From assembly GCA_938074535.1 (NCBI GenBank), contig CALJER010000008.1, forward strand, positions 44,954 to 108,953: a stretch of DNA of 64,000 nucleotides. The letters run 5' to 3'. The notes below the pieces were generated by a model, which saw only the letters and a program-made list of their open reading frames with translations, searched no databases and was not told the origin of the DNA. A program made the position numbers and the translations under genes. The first letter of the stretch is position 1, and the number at the start of each line of letters is the position of its first letter. The DNA comes from an uncultured archaeon. Lineage in GTDB: Archaea; Hadarchaeota; Hadarchaeia; Hadarchaeales; WYZ-LMO6. Of this stretch, positions 8,494-22,867 are shown one piece after another.

Positions 8494-9482
8494 GAGAAAT
8501 GGTGAGAGCGGAGGAACTCACCAGGGTCTTCAACGGCCTCACCGCCGTGGACCACGTCACCTTCGGGGTGAGGGAGGGGGAAATCTTCGGTTTCCTCGGG
8601 CCCAACGGGGCCGGAAAGACCACCACCATCCACATGCTCACCACCGTCCTGAAGCCCACCGGAGGCAGGGCGGAGGTTTGCGGCTACGATGTGGTGAAAG
8701 AACCGGAGAAGGTGCGGAAGTCCATAGGGGTGGTGCCCCAGGAGTACACGGCGGACGAGGACCTGACCGGGTACGAGAACGTGATGCTCTGTGCGGACCT
8801 CTACGGCCTCCCCAGGGAAGAGGGCAGGAAGAGGGCCCTGGAGCTCCTCTCCCTGGTGCAGCTGGAGCCCTTCAAGGACAAGAGGGTGGAGACCTACTCT
8901 GGAGGGATGAGGAGGAGGCTGGAGCTGGCCTGCGGACTCATCAACCGCCCGAAAGTGCTCTTCCTGGACGAGCCCACGCTGGGGCTGGACGTTCAGACCA
9001 GGGCCTCCATCTGGGAGCACATCCTCTCCCTGAGGGAGAACTTCGGGATGACGGTCTTCCTCACCACCCACTACCTGGAGGAGGCCGACCACCTCTGCGA
9101 CCGCATCGCCATCATCGACCACGGGAAAATCGTGGAGGAGGGGAGCCCGTCGGAGCTGAAGGACTCGCTGGGGGGAGACCTCCTCACCCTGGAGTGCGAG
9201 GGGGAGGGAGTGGAGGAGATCCTGAGGGCCCTGGAGGGGGTGAGGGAGGTGAAGGCGGAGGGGAGGGAATACAGGGTGAAGGTTACCAGGGGGGAAACCG
9301 TGGCACCCCTCCTCCTGAAGGCCCTGGGCGAGAAGGGCCTGACGGTCAAACGCCTCTCCCTCGCGAAGCCCACCCTCGACGAGGTCTACCTGGAAAAGAC
9401 CGGGAAGTCGCTCAGGGACCAGGGGGAGAGCCCGGAGGAGGTTATAAAACAGAGGGTGACCCTGTGGAGGGCCAGGAGGTAG
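8490..9482 (+). CDS. ABC exporter ATP-binding subunit (DrrA-like)
   Basis: GPNGAGKTT, YSGGMRRRL, LFLDEPT, TTHY. Confidence 0.95.
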   Translation: MREMVRAEELTRVFNGLTAVDHVTFGVREGEIFGFLGPNGAGKTTTIHMLTTVLKPTGGRAEVCGYDVVKEPEKVRKSIGVVPQEYTADEDLTGYENVMLCADLYGLPREEGRKRALELLSLVQLEPFKDKRVETYSGGMRRRLELACGLINRPKVLFLDEPTLGLDVQTRASIWEHILSLRENFGMTVFLTTHYLEEADHLCDRIAIIDHGKIVEEGSPSELKDSLGGDLLTLECEGEGVEEILRALEGVREVKAEGREYRVKVTRGETVAPLLLKALGEKGLTVKRLSLAKPTLDEVYLEKTGKSLRDQGESPEEVIKQRVTLWRARR

Positions 9483-10303
9483 GGGGCCGTCCCCTGCAGG
9501 GCTTTCTCGCCCTGACCAAAAGGGAGCTGAAAAAGTGGTACAAGGAACCCCTCCTCCTGCTCATCACCGTCCTCCAGCCCCTCATCTGGATGGTCTTCCT
9601 GGGGAAGGCCATGAACCTGGGGGCAGTTTTCGGGGGAGGGGTACCGCCCGAGCTGGCCAGGGGACTCATGCTCCGCTCCTTCGGGACCACCGACTACTTC
9701 TCCTTCATGGCCACGGGGATGATCGCCGTCACCTGCCTCTTCACCACCATGTTCACCGGGTTCTCCATCATCTGGGACCGCAGACTGGGCTTCCTCAACA
9801 AGGTCCTGAGCACCCCCGTTTCCAGGGCCTCCGTGATCTTCTCCAAGGTCGTCTACGCCACCCTTCGCTCTTCCTTCCAGGTCCTCATCATCCTGGTGGC
9901 CGCCTTCGCCCTGGGGCTGAAGGTGGGCCCCGGCTTCCATCCCCTCCACCTGCTTGGGGTCTTCCTGGTCGCCTTCATGGTGTGCGTGACCTTCTCCTCC
10001 CTCTTCCTCATGCTGGCCCTCAGGTCCACCAGGTGGGAGGCCCCCATGGCCATGGTGAACCTGATGCTCATGCCCCTGATGTTCGCCTCCAACGTCTTCT
10101 TCCCCCTGGAGCTGATGCCAGGCTGGCTGAGGGCCATAGCCAGCGTGAACCCCCTCTCCTACACCAACGATGCCGTGAGGCAGTTCACCATCTGGAGGCT
10201 GGACAGGGGCGCCCTCTTGAGGGACCTGGCCTACCTGGGGCTCTTCAGCCTGACCATCTCTTCCCTGAGCGTCTACCTGGCCAAGAAGTACCTCTCCCGC
10301 TAA
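9464..10303 (+). CDS. ABC-2 type exporter permease (DrrB-like)
   Basis: Six TM segments, [22 protein letters not shown] at 9464 with upstream GAGGGTGA. Confidence 0.88.
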   Translation: MEGQEVGGRPLQGFLALTKRELKKWYKEPLLLLITVLQPLIWMVFLGKAMNLGAVFGGGVPPELARGLMLRSFGTTDYFSFMATGMIAVTCLFTTMFTGFSIIWDRRLGFLNKVLSTPVSRASVIFSKVVYATLRSSFQVLIILVAAFALGLKVGPGFHPLHLLGVFLVAFMVCVTFSSLFLMLALRSTRWEAPMAMVNLMLMPLMFASNVFFPLELMPGWLRAIASVNPLSYTNDAVRQFTIWRLDRGALLRDLAYLGLFSLTISSLSVYLAKKYLSR

Positions 10304-10686
10304 CCCTTGAGCTCTATCTTGATGTGGACTTCCGGCGGGATCTGCAGGCGCATGAGCTGCCGCATCGCCCTCTCATCCGCCTTCACGTAGATGAGCCTTT
10401 TATGTATCCTGAGCTCCCACTTATCCCAGGTGGCCGTTCCCTCCCCATCCGGAGCCTTCTTCACGGGCACCACGATGCGCTTGGTGGGAAGGGGGATGGG
10501 ACCCCAAACCACCCTCTCCCCTCCCTCCTGGGCCTTCTTCGCCTGGGCCATGATGCGCTTGGGGGGGAGGGGAATGGGTCCGGACATCTCCACTCCGGTG
10601 CGCTGGGCTATCTCCTTGATCTGCGCACATATCTCATCCAGCTTCCTGTGATCCGTACCGGACAGGTGGATCTTGGCCCGCTGCAT
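10300..10686 (-). CDS. rps10: 30S ribosomal protein uS10 with an internal 26-aa tandem duplication
   Basis: [18 protein letters not shown] twice, [21 protein letters not shown]. Confidence 0.95.
   Translation of the reverse strand: MQRAKIHLSGTDHRKLDEICAQIKEIAQRTGVEMSGPIPLPPKRIMAQAKKAQEGGERVVWGPIPLPTKRIVVPVKKAPDGEGTATWDKWELRIHKRLIYVKADERAMRQLMRLQIPPEVHIKIELKG
10426..10581 (-). repeat. Diverged in-frame tandem duplication (2 x 78 nt) in uS10
   Basis: [26 protein letters not shown] vs [26 protein letters not shown]. Confidence 0.88.
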
Positions 10687-10726
10687 CCAGGCACCCCTCA
10701 CCTTTTACCGGGAGGGTAAAAAAGGT

Positions 10727-11989
10727 TCACTTGGCCTTCACCACGTCTATACACACGCCCGCCGCGATGGTCATACCCATGTCGCGGATCGCAAACCTGG
10801 CGAGCTGGGGTATGTCCGAAACCTTCTCGATCACGAGGGGCTTCGTAGGCTTTACCCTGATGGTGGCCATGTCGCCCTTCTTTATGAACTGGGGATGCTC
10901 CTCCACCACCTGGCCCGTCCTCGGATCCAGCTTGTTGATAATTTCCGTGATCTGGCAGGCCACCTGGGCGGTGTGAACGTGGAACACGGGCGTGTAGCCC
11001 ACCGCTATGGCCGTCGGGTGCTGCAGGACTGCTATCCTGGCCACGAACTCGCTCGCCACCGTCGGCGGGGAGCTCGGCAGGCCCGCCACGTCACCCCTCC
11101 TGATCTCGTTCTTGGCTATCCCCCTTATGTTGAACCCTATGTTGTCCCCCGGTTCAGCCTTGGGGATGGACTCGTGGTGCATCTCTATGGACTTCACCTC
11201 GCCCGTCTTCCCGGAAGGCTCGAGCACCAGGGTATCACCCACCTTGAGCACCCCCGTTTCCACCCTGCCCACCGGCACCGTCCCCACACCCGTGATGGAG
11301 TACACGTCCTGGATGGGAATCCTCAGGGGCTTGTCTATGGGCTTCGGAGGTATCACGAAAGAGTCGAGGGCCTGCAGCATGGTGGGGCCGCTGTACCACT
11401 TCATCTTCTCGCTGGGCTTCGTCACGTTCTCTCCGTGGAAGGCCGACACGGGAACGAAGGGGAACTTGTCCGCGTTCCTGAACCCCACCACTCTCAGCAT
11501 CTCCATGATCTCCGACCTCAGCTTCTCGTAAACCTCCTTCTTGTACTCCACCAAGTCCATCTTGTTGACCGCCACCGCCAGCTGCCCCACCCCCAGCGTG
11601 AAAGCAAGGGCGGCGTGCTCCCTCGTCTGGGGCATGATCCCATCGTCCGCAGCCACCACCAGGATGCCCGCATCCGCCTGACTGGCCCCCGTGATCATGT
11701 TCTTGACGAAGTCCCTGTGGCCGGGGGCATCTATGAGGGTGAAGTAATACTTGTCGGTCTCGAACTTCCTGTGGGCCAGGTCAATGGTGAGGCCGCGCTC
11801 CCTCTCCTCCTTCAAGTCGTCCATCACCCAAGCGAACTTGAAGGCCTTCCCCTTGTCCCCTAGGGCCTCGAACTTCTTTATCTCCTCCTCCTTCACCACC
11901 CCCGTCTCGAAGAGCAGCCTCCCCAGGAGGGTGGACTTGCCGTGGTCCACGTGCCCCATCGTCACCAGGTTCAGGTGTGGTTTGGCCAT
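10727..11989 (-). CDS. tuf: Elongation factor 1-alpha
   Basis: [36 protein letters not shown]. Confidence 0.98.
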   Translation of the reverse strand: MAKPHLNLVTMGHVDHGKSTLLGRLLFETGVVKEEEIKKFEALGDKGKAFKFAWVMDDLKEERERGLTIDLAHRKFETDKYYFTLIDAPGHRDFVKNMITGASQADAGILVVAADDGIMPQTREHAALAFTLGVGQLAVAVNKMDLVEYKKEVYEKLRSEIMEMLRVVGFRNADKFPFVPVSAFHGENVTKPSEKMKWYSGPTMLQALDSFVIPPKPIDKPLRIPIQDVYSITGVGTVPVGRVETGVLKVGDTLVLEPSGKTGEVKSIEMHHESIPKAEPGDNIGFNIRGIAKNEIRRGDVAGLPSSPPTVASEFVARIAVLQHPTAIAVGYTPVFHVHTAQVACQITEIINKLDPRTGQVVEEHPQFIKKGDMATIRVKPTKPLVIEKVSDIPQLARFAIRDMGMTIAAGVCIDVVKAK

Positions 11990-12021
11990 CTTCTCGACCT
12001 TAGTCTCGATTGTCCTCCCGA

Positions 12022-12035
12022 ATTTAAATCTTTTT
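12022..12035 (-). promoter_or_regulatory. Putative BRE-TATA promoter for tuf
   Basis: Minus strand AAAAAG-ATTTAAAT about 32 nt upstream of the tuf ATG. Confidence 0.5.
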
Positions 12036-12040
12036 GTGTT

Positions 12041-12646
12041 TCACCTGGCCTTCTCGGCTATCCTCTCTATCTCTTCCTTCCTGGCCACCGCATAGCTCTT
12101 GGAGTCGTACTGGGAGGCCAGGATGATTTCTTCGGCCAAACACTCCTCTATGGGTTTTTTGTTCCTGAAGGAAGCGGCGAAGGCCCCTGCCGCCAGATTC
12201 ATCAGGGCCACGTCGATTCCCCTGGCGGGAGAGGCGTCCACCGCCAGATGATAGGTGATGCCTCCGTAGGTAATCCTGGTAGTTTCCTCCCGGGGAGCGG
12301 CGTAGTGGATGGCGTCCACCAGCACCTGCAGGGGGTTCTTCTTCGTCCTTTCCTCTATGATCTCGAAAGCCCTCTTCACGATGTTGTAGGCCTTGTGCTT
12401 CTTTCCGCACGCACCCGCTCCCCGAATCACCTTCCCCCCTATCTTCTTGGCCCCCGGCCCAGACCTCATGACCTTGTTTATGAGGCGCTCCACTATCGGC
12501 ACTTTTGCCTTGCCCAGACTCTCGTAGACATGCCTCCCGCCCGAAGACAGGGCCAGCGTGGGCTGCAACCTCAGGTACCTCTTCATCCCCGGGTCCCTGA
12601 TCTCCACCCCCTCCGCAGACCACTTCCCGAAGTACTTCATCTCCAA
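12041..12646 (-). CDS. rps7: 30S ribosomal protein uS7
   Basis: IVERLINKVMR, NPLQVLVDAI, APREE, KEEIERIA. Confidence 0.97.
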   Translation of the reverse strand: MEMKYFGKWSAEGVEIRDPGMKRYLRLQPTLALSSGGRHVYESLGKAKVPIVERLINKVMRSGPGAKKIGGKVIRGAGACGKKHKAYNIVKRAFEIIEERTKKNPLQVLVDAIHYAAPREETTRITYGGITYHLAVDASPARGIDVALMNLAAGAFAASFRNKKPIEECLAEEIILASQYDSKSYAVARKEEIERIAEKAR

Positions 12647-12650
12647 ACCA

Positions 12651-13079
12651 TCACCTCGCGGGCTTTTCCTTCCTGCCCTTCACCAGCTCCTTCAGGGAAA
12701 CTCCGTTCACCTTCACCACCCTGTACCTCACCCCGGGGATGTCTCCCTTAGGACCCCCCTGGGCACCGCCTATCCCCTCTATGATCACCTCGTCGTGCTC
12801 GTCGATGAACCCTATGGCACCGTCACCGGGAGCGAAGGCAGTCACCTGCCTGCCGTTCTTCACTATCTGGACCCTGACGCACTTCCTTATGGCCGAGTTG
12901 GGCTGCTTCGCCTCCATCCCCACCTTCTCCAAAACGATAGCCCTGGCCTGGGGGGCCCCTTCCAGGGGATCGGCTTTCTTGTCCAGCCCCAGCATCCTCC
13001 GCTGGTAAGCCGAGTCCCTCCACCTGAACCTCTGCCTGCTGGACTTCAGCTTCCTGGCCGCAAATTCTCCCCTTCCCAT
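12651..13079 (-). CDS. rps12: 30S ribosomal protein uS12
   Basis: [24 protein letters not shown]. Confidence 0.98.
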   Translation of the reverse strand: MGRGEFAARKLKSSRQRFRWRDSAYQRRMLGLDKKADPLEGAPQARAIVLEKVGMEAKQPNSAIRKCVRVQIVKNGRQVTAFAPGDGAIGFIDEHDEVIIEGIGGAQGGPKGDIPGVRYRVVKVNGVSLKELVKGRKEKPAR

Positions 13080-13100
13080 CTCATCCCCTCCGGCGCCCCC

Positions 13101-13525
13101 TCATTTTATTATTATGTTGTGGATTCCACAGTTCCTCTGGGCGAGCCTCTTCGCCCTCTTAATCCTTGCACCGCCCTTCCCTATCGCAAGTCCCTTGTCC
13201 TGCTGCCTCACCTCAAGCACCGCCACCTTCTTCCCGTCCTCCTCCGCGAAGACCAGGGAACCTATCTGGGCGGGGGCAAAGAGCAGTCTGAGGAACTCCT
13301 CCGGATCCTCCGAGTACCCCACCACCTCCACCTCCTTCCCGAGCATCTTCTTGAGCTTCTTTACGTGGCACCCGTTCTTACCCACGCAGAGTCCCACCAG
13401 CTCCTTCTGCACCAGAAACACCAGTCTGTTCTCCCCCTCGCTGAGGATGCAATCCCTGGCCTTCACCCCGCTTACCATCTCCAGGAGGGAAATATATCTC
13501 ATCTCTTCCTCGCTGAGGACGATGT

Positions 13526-13529
<4 letters not shown>
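13101..13529 (-). CDS. nusA: Archaeal NusA (KH-domain)
   Basis: GKNG and AIGKGG KH motifs, conserved position after L30e. Confidence 0.93.
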
Positions 13530-17608
<4,079 letters not shown>

Positions 17609-17619
17609 CTCCCCACCCC

Positions 17620-20600
17620 TCAGGCCTTATCCCGCAGCTTTATGCGGGCATCCAGGCAGAGCGACCTGAGCTCGTCCAGCATCAGCTTGAAGGCGTAGGG
17701 CATCTCCACGGTGTAGATCTCCGACTCCTCCCCGCAGAAGGAGCAGTAGGTCCTTCCCCTCCTCCTGTCGTAAACCGCAAAGTGCCCGCACTTCCCGCAG
17801 ACCAGGGCATCGAACTTGTCCGAGCTCTCCAGGAGCCTGTCCCTGAGGAGCCTGGCCGCACCGTACCCTATCAGGCAGTCCCTCTCCATCTCCCCGAACC
17901 TGAGCCCCCCTTCCCTCGCCTTTCCCTCCGTGGGCTGGTGGGTGAGGACCTGAACGGGACCCCTGGACCTCACGTGCACCTTGTCCGCCGCCATGTGATG
18001 GAGCTTCTGGTAGTAGCAAACCCCTATGAAGATCTCCGCCGGAATCATCTCCCCTGTCATCCCGTTGTACATCACCTCCTTTCCCACCGGCTGGAAGCCC
18101 CTCTCCTTCAGCATCTCCCTGATTTTCTCCTCGGGCTCGCCTCCGAAGGTGGTGCCGTCCATCACCCTGCCTGCCAGCGCCCCCGCCTTCCCCGCCACCA
18201 TCTCCAGGAGCTGCCCTATGGACATCCTGGAAGGTATGGCGTGCGGGTTGATGATGAGGTCGGGAACGATGCCGCTCTCCGTGAAGGGCATGTCCGCTCC
18301 GTCCATCACCAATCCCACCACTCCCTTCTGCCCGTGCCTCGAGGCAAACTTGTCCCCCACCTCCGGTATCCTGAGGCTCCTCACCCTCACCCTGGCCGCC
18401 CTGTTTCCCTCGGCCGTCATCACCAGGTAAACCATGTCGGCTATTCCTTCCTCCCCTGGTTTTATCCGGATGGAGCTCTCCCTCCTTCCCACCTCCATCT
18501 TCACCCCGAACTCGTCCGTTTCTTCGAAGAACCTCGGGGGGCTGGTCCTACCTATCACCACGTCCTCCACCCTGAGCCTGGACTCCGGCTCCACTATTCC
18601 CTCCTCTCCCAGGTTGGCGTAGCGGGAGATGTCCGAGTACCCTCTTACCTCCTCGCTGGGTATCTCGAACTTGTCCCTCTGCCCTCCGGAGTACCTTCCC
18701 TCCTCGGCCTCGTAAATGGTGAAGGAGGTGCTCCTCCCCAGCCCACGGTCTATCGAATCCCTGTTGACGATGAGGGCGTCCTCCATGTTGTAACCTCCGT
18801 AGCAGGCGATGGCCACCACCAGATTCTGACCGCAGGGCCTCTCCCCCAGCCCCAGGAGGTCCACCACCTTGGTCCCCACCAGGGGGCGCTGGGGGTAGTG
18901 GAGGAAGTAGGCGTGGGTGTCGGTCCTGATGTGCATGCTCACGGAGAAAATTCCCAGGGCCTGCTTCGCCATGTTCGCCCCGTAGGTGTTCCTGGGAGAC
19001 TGGTTGTGCTCGGCGTAGGGGATGAGGGAAGCGCTTCCTCCCAGCATGGCCAAGGGGTGAAGCTCCAGGTGGGTGTGCTCGCTCGTGAGCTCCTCGGGGT
19101 TGACCGCCACATAGGTGTTCTCCTCCTCGTCCGCGTCCAGGTACTCCACCACCCCGCTCCTGACGAGCTCGCTCCAGCTCATCCTGCCGCTCCTGAGCAT
19201 CTCCAGGTGCTGGTCGGTGACCAGGGGCTTGCCTCCCTCAACCACTATCAGGGGCCTCCGCACCCTCCCGGGGTCGCACCAGACCGTTACCTCGTTGGTG
19301 TCCCTCTTGAACCTGACGTTCACCTGATCGCTGAGCTCTCCCCTCCTCCTTCTCTCCCTGATTTCCCTGGCAAGCTTCTCCCCATCCCCCACCGTTCCTA
19401 TCACCCTTCCGTTGAGGAAGACCGCCACCCTGCCGCTGCGCTCCCCCCCCTTCCTGATGGGAAACACTCCTATCCCGTAAAGGGCCTTCTCCACCTTCTC
19501 CTCATCCTCCCCCGTGGAGATCTCAGCGGTGAGGGCAAGGTTCTTGACCAAACCGCAGTTGGGTCCCTCGGGCGTTTCCGACGGACATATCTTCCCCCAG
19601 TGGGTGGGGTGGAGGTCCCTGGCCTCGAAGTGCGGCTGACTCCTGCTCAGGGGGGAGATGATCCTGCGGAGGTGGGAGAGCGCCGAGAGGTAGTTGGTCC
19701 TGTCCAGGAGCTGGCTCACCCCCGTCCTCCCGCCGGGCCAGTTGCCCGTCGCCAGCGTATGCCTGATCTGCTCGGTGAGGAGGTCCGCCCTGGCCGCCGT
19801 CCTGAGGTTGAGCTCCCTGCCCCTGGAATGGGAGCGCTCCAGCTGGTACTTGATGTCCTTGATGAGGTTGACGAGGGCGACCCTGAAGATGTTCTCCAGC
19901 ATCTCCCCGCTCAGCTTCAGGCGCTTGTTGCCGTAGTGGTCCTTGTCGTCCACCCCCCTCCTTCCCAGCGAGAGCTCTATCACCCTCTCCACCATGCTTC
20001 CCAGGAAGTACGCCTTGGCCGGCCTGTCCTCGGGGGAGGTGCCTATGTGGGGGAGGAGGTACTTGTCCAGGACCTCCTGGGCCCTCTGGAGCCTGTAGCT
20101 CTTCATCTGCCCTATGGCCACCCTCTTCCCTATGAAGTCGAGCGCGTCCTTCTCCGTTTTTATCTCCACCCCCTCCGTCAGGTTCTCGAAAAGCTCCCTC
20201 ACGATCTCGGGGTCGTCGGAGACCGCCTCCACGATGTCCTTGTCCTTGACCAGGCCCAGGGCCCTCATCACCACCACCAGCGGCAGCTGTCCCGGAACCG
20301 AGGGGAAGGAAACCCGTATCAGGCCGTCCTTCTTGCGCTCCACCACCACCAGGGCGCGGAAGCCCCTGCGGCTGGAGAAGACCTTGGCCACCTCCACCCC
20401 CAGGCGCTCGTCCCTCTCCACCAGGATGGAGTTCGTGGCCAGGTCGTCCTGGATGACGATGACCCTCTCGGACCCGTTGATGATGAAGTACCCTCCCGGG
20501 TCCATGGGGTCCTCCCCCATGGCCACCAGCTCCTCCTCGCTCTTCCCGTAGAGAACGCATTTCTTGGACTTCAGCATCACAGGAATTTCCCCTATCATCA

Positions 20601-20937
20601 CCGTCTGGGGTGGAAACTTCTGCCCCCCGGAGACGATGCTCATCTCCAGGTAGAGGGGGGCCAGATAGCTCATGTTGCGCATCCTGGCGATGTGGGGGGT
20701 AACGTTGGGTGGTCTGGAGTAGGACCCATCAGCTTCCCTGAACCAGGGCTCGCCCACGGTGATCCTGCCGAACTCCACGCGGGTTCCCTCTATGTCGAGG
20801 TCTATTCCGCCCACGTCGTCTATCACCCGCTGGAGACCCTTCTCGATGAACTCGTTGTAGGAATCCAGGTGCTGCCTGACCAGGCCCCTTTCCCTCAGGA
20901 AGGACTCCACCAGGACCCATCTGTCCCTGAGCACCAA
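17620..20937 (-). CDS. rpoB: RNA polymerase subunit B (Rpo2, unsplit)
   Basis: GYFIINGSERV, ETPEGPNCGLVKNL, GDKFASRHGQKG, GLRFGEMERD in one 1105-aa ORF. Confidence 0.98.
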   Translation of the reverse strand: MVLRDRWVLVESFLRERGLVRQHLDSYNEFIEKGLQRVIDDVGGIDLDIEGTRVEFGRITVGEPWFREADGSYSRPPNVTPHIARMRNMSYLAPLYLEMSIVSGGQKFPPQTVMIGEIPVMLKSKKCVLYGKSEEELVAMGEDPMDPGGYFIINGSERVIVIQDDLATNSILVERDERLGVEVAKVFSSRRGFRALVVVERKKDGLIRVSFPSVPGQLPLVVVMRALGLVKDKDIVEAVSDDPEIVRELFENLTEGVEIKTEKDALDFIGKRVAIGQMKSYRLQRAQEVLDKYLLPHIGTSPEDRPAKAYFLGSMVERVIELSLGRRGVDDKDHYGNKRLKLSGEMLENIFRVALVNLIKDIKYQLERSHSRGRELNLRTAARADLLTEQIRHTLATGNWPGGRTGVSQLLDRTNYLSALSHLRRIISPLSRSQPHFEARDLHPTHWGKICPSETPEGPNCGLVKNLALTAEISTGEDEEKVEKALYGIGVFPIRKGGERSGRVAVFLNGRVIGTVGDGEKLAREIRERRRRGELSDQVNVRFKRDTNEVTVWCDPGRVRRPLIVVEGGKPLVTDQHLEMLRSGRMSWSELVRSGVVEYLDADEEENTYVAVNPEELTSEHTHLELHPLAMLGGSASLIPYAEHNQSPRNTYGANMAKQALGIFSVSMHIRTDTHAYFLHYPQRPLVGTKVVDLLGLGERPCGQNLVVAIACYGGYNMEDALIVNRDSIDRGLGRSTSFTIYEAEEGRYSGGQRDKFEIPSEEVRGYSDISRYANLGEEGIVEPESRLRVEDVVIGRTSPPRFFEETDEFGVKMEVGRRESSIRIKPGEEGIADMVYLVMTAEGNRAARVRVRSLRIPEVGDKFASRHGQKGVVGLVMDGADMPFTESGIVPDLIINPHAIPSRMSIGQLLEMVAGKAGALAGRVMDGTTFGGEPEEKIREMLKERGFQPVGKEVMYNGMTGEMIPAEIFIGVCYYQKLHHMAADKVHVRSRGPVQVLTHQPTEGKAREGGLRFGEMERDCLIGYGAARLLRDRLLESSDKFDALVCGKCGHFAVYDRRRGRTYCSFCGEESEIYTVEMPYAFKLMLDELRSLCLDARIKLRDKA

Positions 20938-20941
20938 CCCC

Positions 20942-21184
20942 CTATCCCTCCACCACGTACCTGTACGCCAAGGCTCTCCCCGCGGTGAAGCTCTCCCTCT
21001 TGATCTCCACGATATCCCCGGGCTTGGCCCCGATGGCCCTGGCCACCGGGTCTGAGCTCTTTATCAGGGGGAGCTGGTGGGGCTTCACCCTGTATCTCCT
21101 TAGAACCTCCTCCCCCTCCTCCTTTGACAGCACCCTGTGTTCGGGCACCAGCACGTGCCCCCGGGGATCTAACTCCTCGCTCAT
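20942..21184 (-). CDS. rpoH: RNA polymerase subunit H (Rpo5)
   Basis: [31 protein letters not shown]. Confidence 0.96.
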   Translation of the reverse strand: MSEELDPRGHVLVPEHRVLSKEEGEEVLRRYRVKPHQLPLIKSSDPVARAIGAKPGDIVEIKRESFTAGRALAYRYVVEG

Positions 21185-21197
21185 CCTCCCGCCCATA

Positions 21198-21272
21198 CGG
21201 GCCTGGTGGGATTCGAACCCACGACTCCCGGCTTAAAAGGCCGGTGCGCTAGCCAGACTGCGCTACAGGCCC
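21198..21272 (-). tRNA. tRNA-Lys (anticodon TTT)
   Basis: Reverse complement GGGCCTGTAGCGCAGTCTGGCTAGCGCA-CCGGC-CT-TTT-AA-GCCGG-GAGTCGTGGGTTCGAATCCCACCAGGCCC-G. Confidence 0.96.
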
Positions 21273-21293
21273 AACTAAGCAAGGGGTCGAAAC

Positions 21294-21307
21294 TACTTAT
21301 ATTTATC
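21294..21307 (-). promoter_or_regulatory. TATA promoter of the tRNA-Lys / rpo operon
   Basis: Minus strand ATAAATATAAGTA about 22-35 nt upstream of the tRNA 5' end. Confidence 0.55.
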
Positions 21308-21360
21308 TCTTTCGGATGAAGGGCGGACCCTCCCTCCCGTCTCACCATCCCCGCGAAGGC

Positions 21361-22836
21361 CTACTCAACTTCGTATACCCTCCCCCTCTCCACCTCCCCG
21401 CTCTCGAACCTCTCCCTCATCTCATCCGCTATCCTCTGCGCCAGAGGGGTGGGGTACTCCCCGGTGAGGCAGCCGAGACAGAGCTCGTCCCTCCTCATCC
21501 CGGTCGCCCTCACGAAGCCCTCCAGGGACTGGTAGTGAACGGAATCCGCCCCTATCAGGCGCGCTATCTCCTCCTCCCCGTGGGTGGAGCCTATCAGCTC
21601 ACCGAAGGTGGCCATGTCTATGCCGTAGAAGCAGGGGGAGAGGATGCGCGGGAAGGTGAAGTACATGTGGATTTCCTTGGCCCCGGCCATCCTGAGCTTC
21701 CTTATCACCCTCCTGGAGGTGTCCCCCCTCACTATCGAGTCCTCCACCACCGCTATCCTCTTCCCCCGGAGGTTCTCCGTGACATTCAATTTCTTGGAAA
21801 TGATCTTTTCCCTCTCCTCCGAGCTCGAGATGAAGGCCCGGTCCACCACGTACCTGTGTCTCCTCACGGCCCTCTCCCAGGGTATGCCCGTTACCTCGTG
21901 CATCCCGTAAGCTGCGTCATCCCCCGTGGAGGGTATGGAGACTATCACGTCCACCCTCCTCTCGAGCTCCGGATCCTCTCTGGCGAGGTTCCTCCCGAAC
22001 TCCTCCCTCACCTTGTACACCGACTTACCGTTGCAGAGCAGGGAGTCCGGTCTGGCGAAGTAGGCGAACTCGAAGCTGCAGAAAGCCCTTCTCTCCCCCT
22101 TCACTATCCTCTCCCTTCTGGCCCCCTCCTCGGACCAGATCAGGAGCTCCCCCGGCTGAACCTCAGCCTCGTACCTGAACTCGTTTATGTCCAGTCCCAC
22201 GCTCTCGGAGGACACGGCGAAGGTTTGGTTGTTCGGGCTACAACCGTAGCACAGGGGCTTTATCCCCAGCGGGTCCCTGAAGGCGAAGAGTTCCCCCCTC
22301 TGGGTGATGCCCACCACGGAAAAGGCCCCCTCTATCCCCTTCATGCAGCCCTCCACCGCTGAGACCAGGTCGGAGCCCTTCAGCCCCTGGAGCAGCTTCC
22401 TGGAGAGGAGCTCTATGTCGGAGGAGGAGCGGGGGAGACCCCTCGCCTTCAGCTCCGCCCTGAGCTCCTTCACGTTCACCAGGTTGCCGTTGAAGGCCAG
22501 CACCACCTTCTCCTCCCTCCCCGCCACGAAGGGCTGCATGTCCCTGAGAAGCCAGTACCTGGTGCTCCTCCCCGAGGTGGCGTACCTCACATGACCTATT
22601 CCCACCTTGCCCCTGAAGCTCCGGAAGAGCCTCCTCACCACGGGATGCCTGACGGGGGGGAGAAGGCCGAGGGAGCGGTGGGCGGCGAAGTCCCCCTCCC
22701 TCAGCTCCGCAAAGCCGTACGAATGATGCCCGCGGTGGTTCTGAGAAACCAGGCCCCAGTACACGCACGGGAAGACTTCCTTACCCTCGAAGTCGAAGGC
22801 ACCAAAAACTCCGCATGACTCTCCAGAAACCTCCAA
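21361..22836 (-). CDS. purF: Amidophosphoribosyltransferase
   Basis: Propeptide then CGVFG, QNHRG, GHVRYATSG, RDPLGIKPL, FEFAYFARPDS, VEDSIVRG, CFYGID. Confidence 0.96.
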   Translation of the reverse strand: MEVSGESCGVFGAFDFEGKEVFPCVYWGLVSQNHRGHHSYGFAELREGDFAAHRSLGLLPPVRHPVVRRLFRSFRGKVGIGHVRYATSGRSTRYWLLRDMQPFVAGREEKVVLAFNGNLVNVKELRAELKARGLPRSSSDIELLSRKLLQGLKGSDLVSAVEGCMKGIEGAFSVVGITQRGELFAFRDPLGIKPLCYGCSPNNQTFAVSSESVGLDINEFRYEAEVQPGELLIWSEEGARRERIVKGERRAFCSFEFAYFARPDSLLCNGKSVYKVREEFGRNLAREDPELERRVDVIVSIPSTGDDAAYGMHEVTGIPWERAVRRHRYVVDRAFISSSEEREKIISKKLNVTENLRGKRIAVVEDSIVRGDTSRRVIRKLRMAGAKEIHMYFTFPRILSPCFYGIDMATFGELIGSTHGEEEIARLIGADSVHYQSLEGFVRATGMRRDELCLGCLTGEYPTPLAQRIADEMRERFESGEVERGRVYEVE

Positions 22837-22867
22837 TCCCCCACCAACGGGTTTGGGGAGTCCCTTC

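Noticed and set aside
17782-20988. Very long antisense or alternate-frame ORFs (also 2266-4311, 12558-14546, 25666-27999, 48807-50261, 51678-53564)
   Set aside because: They shadow well-conserved genes, have low-complexity His/Pro/Gly/Leu-rich translations and are expected in GC-rich coding DNA.
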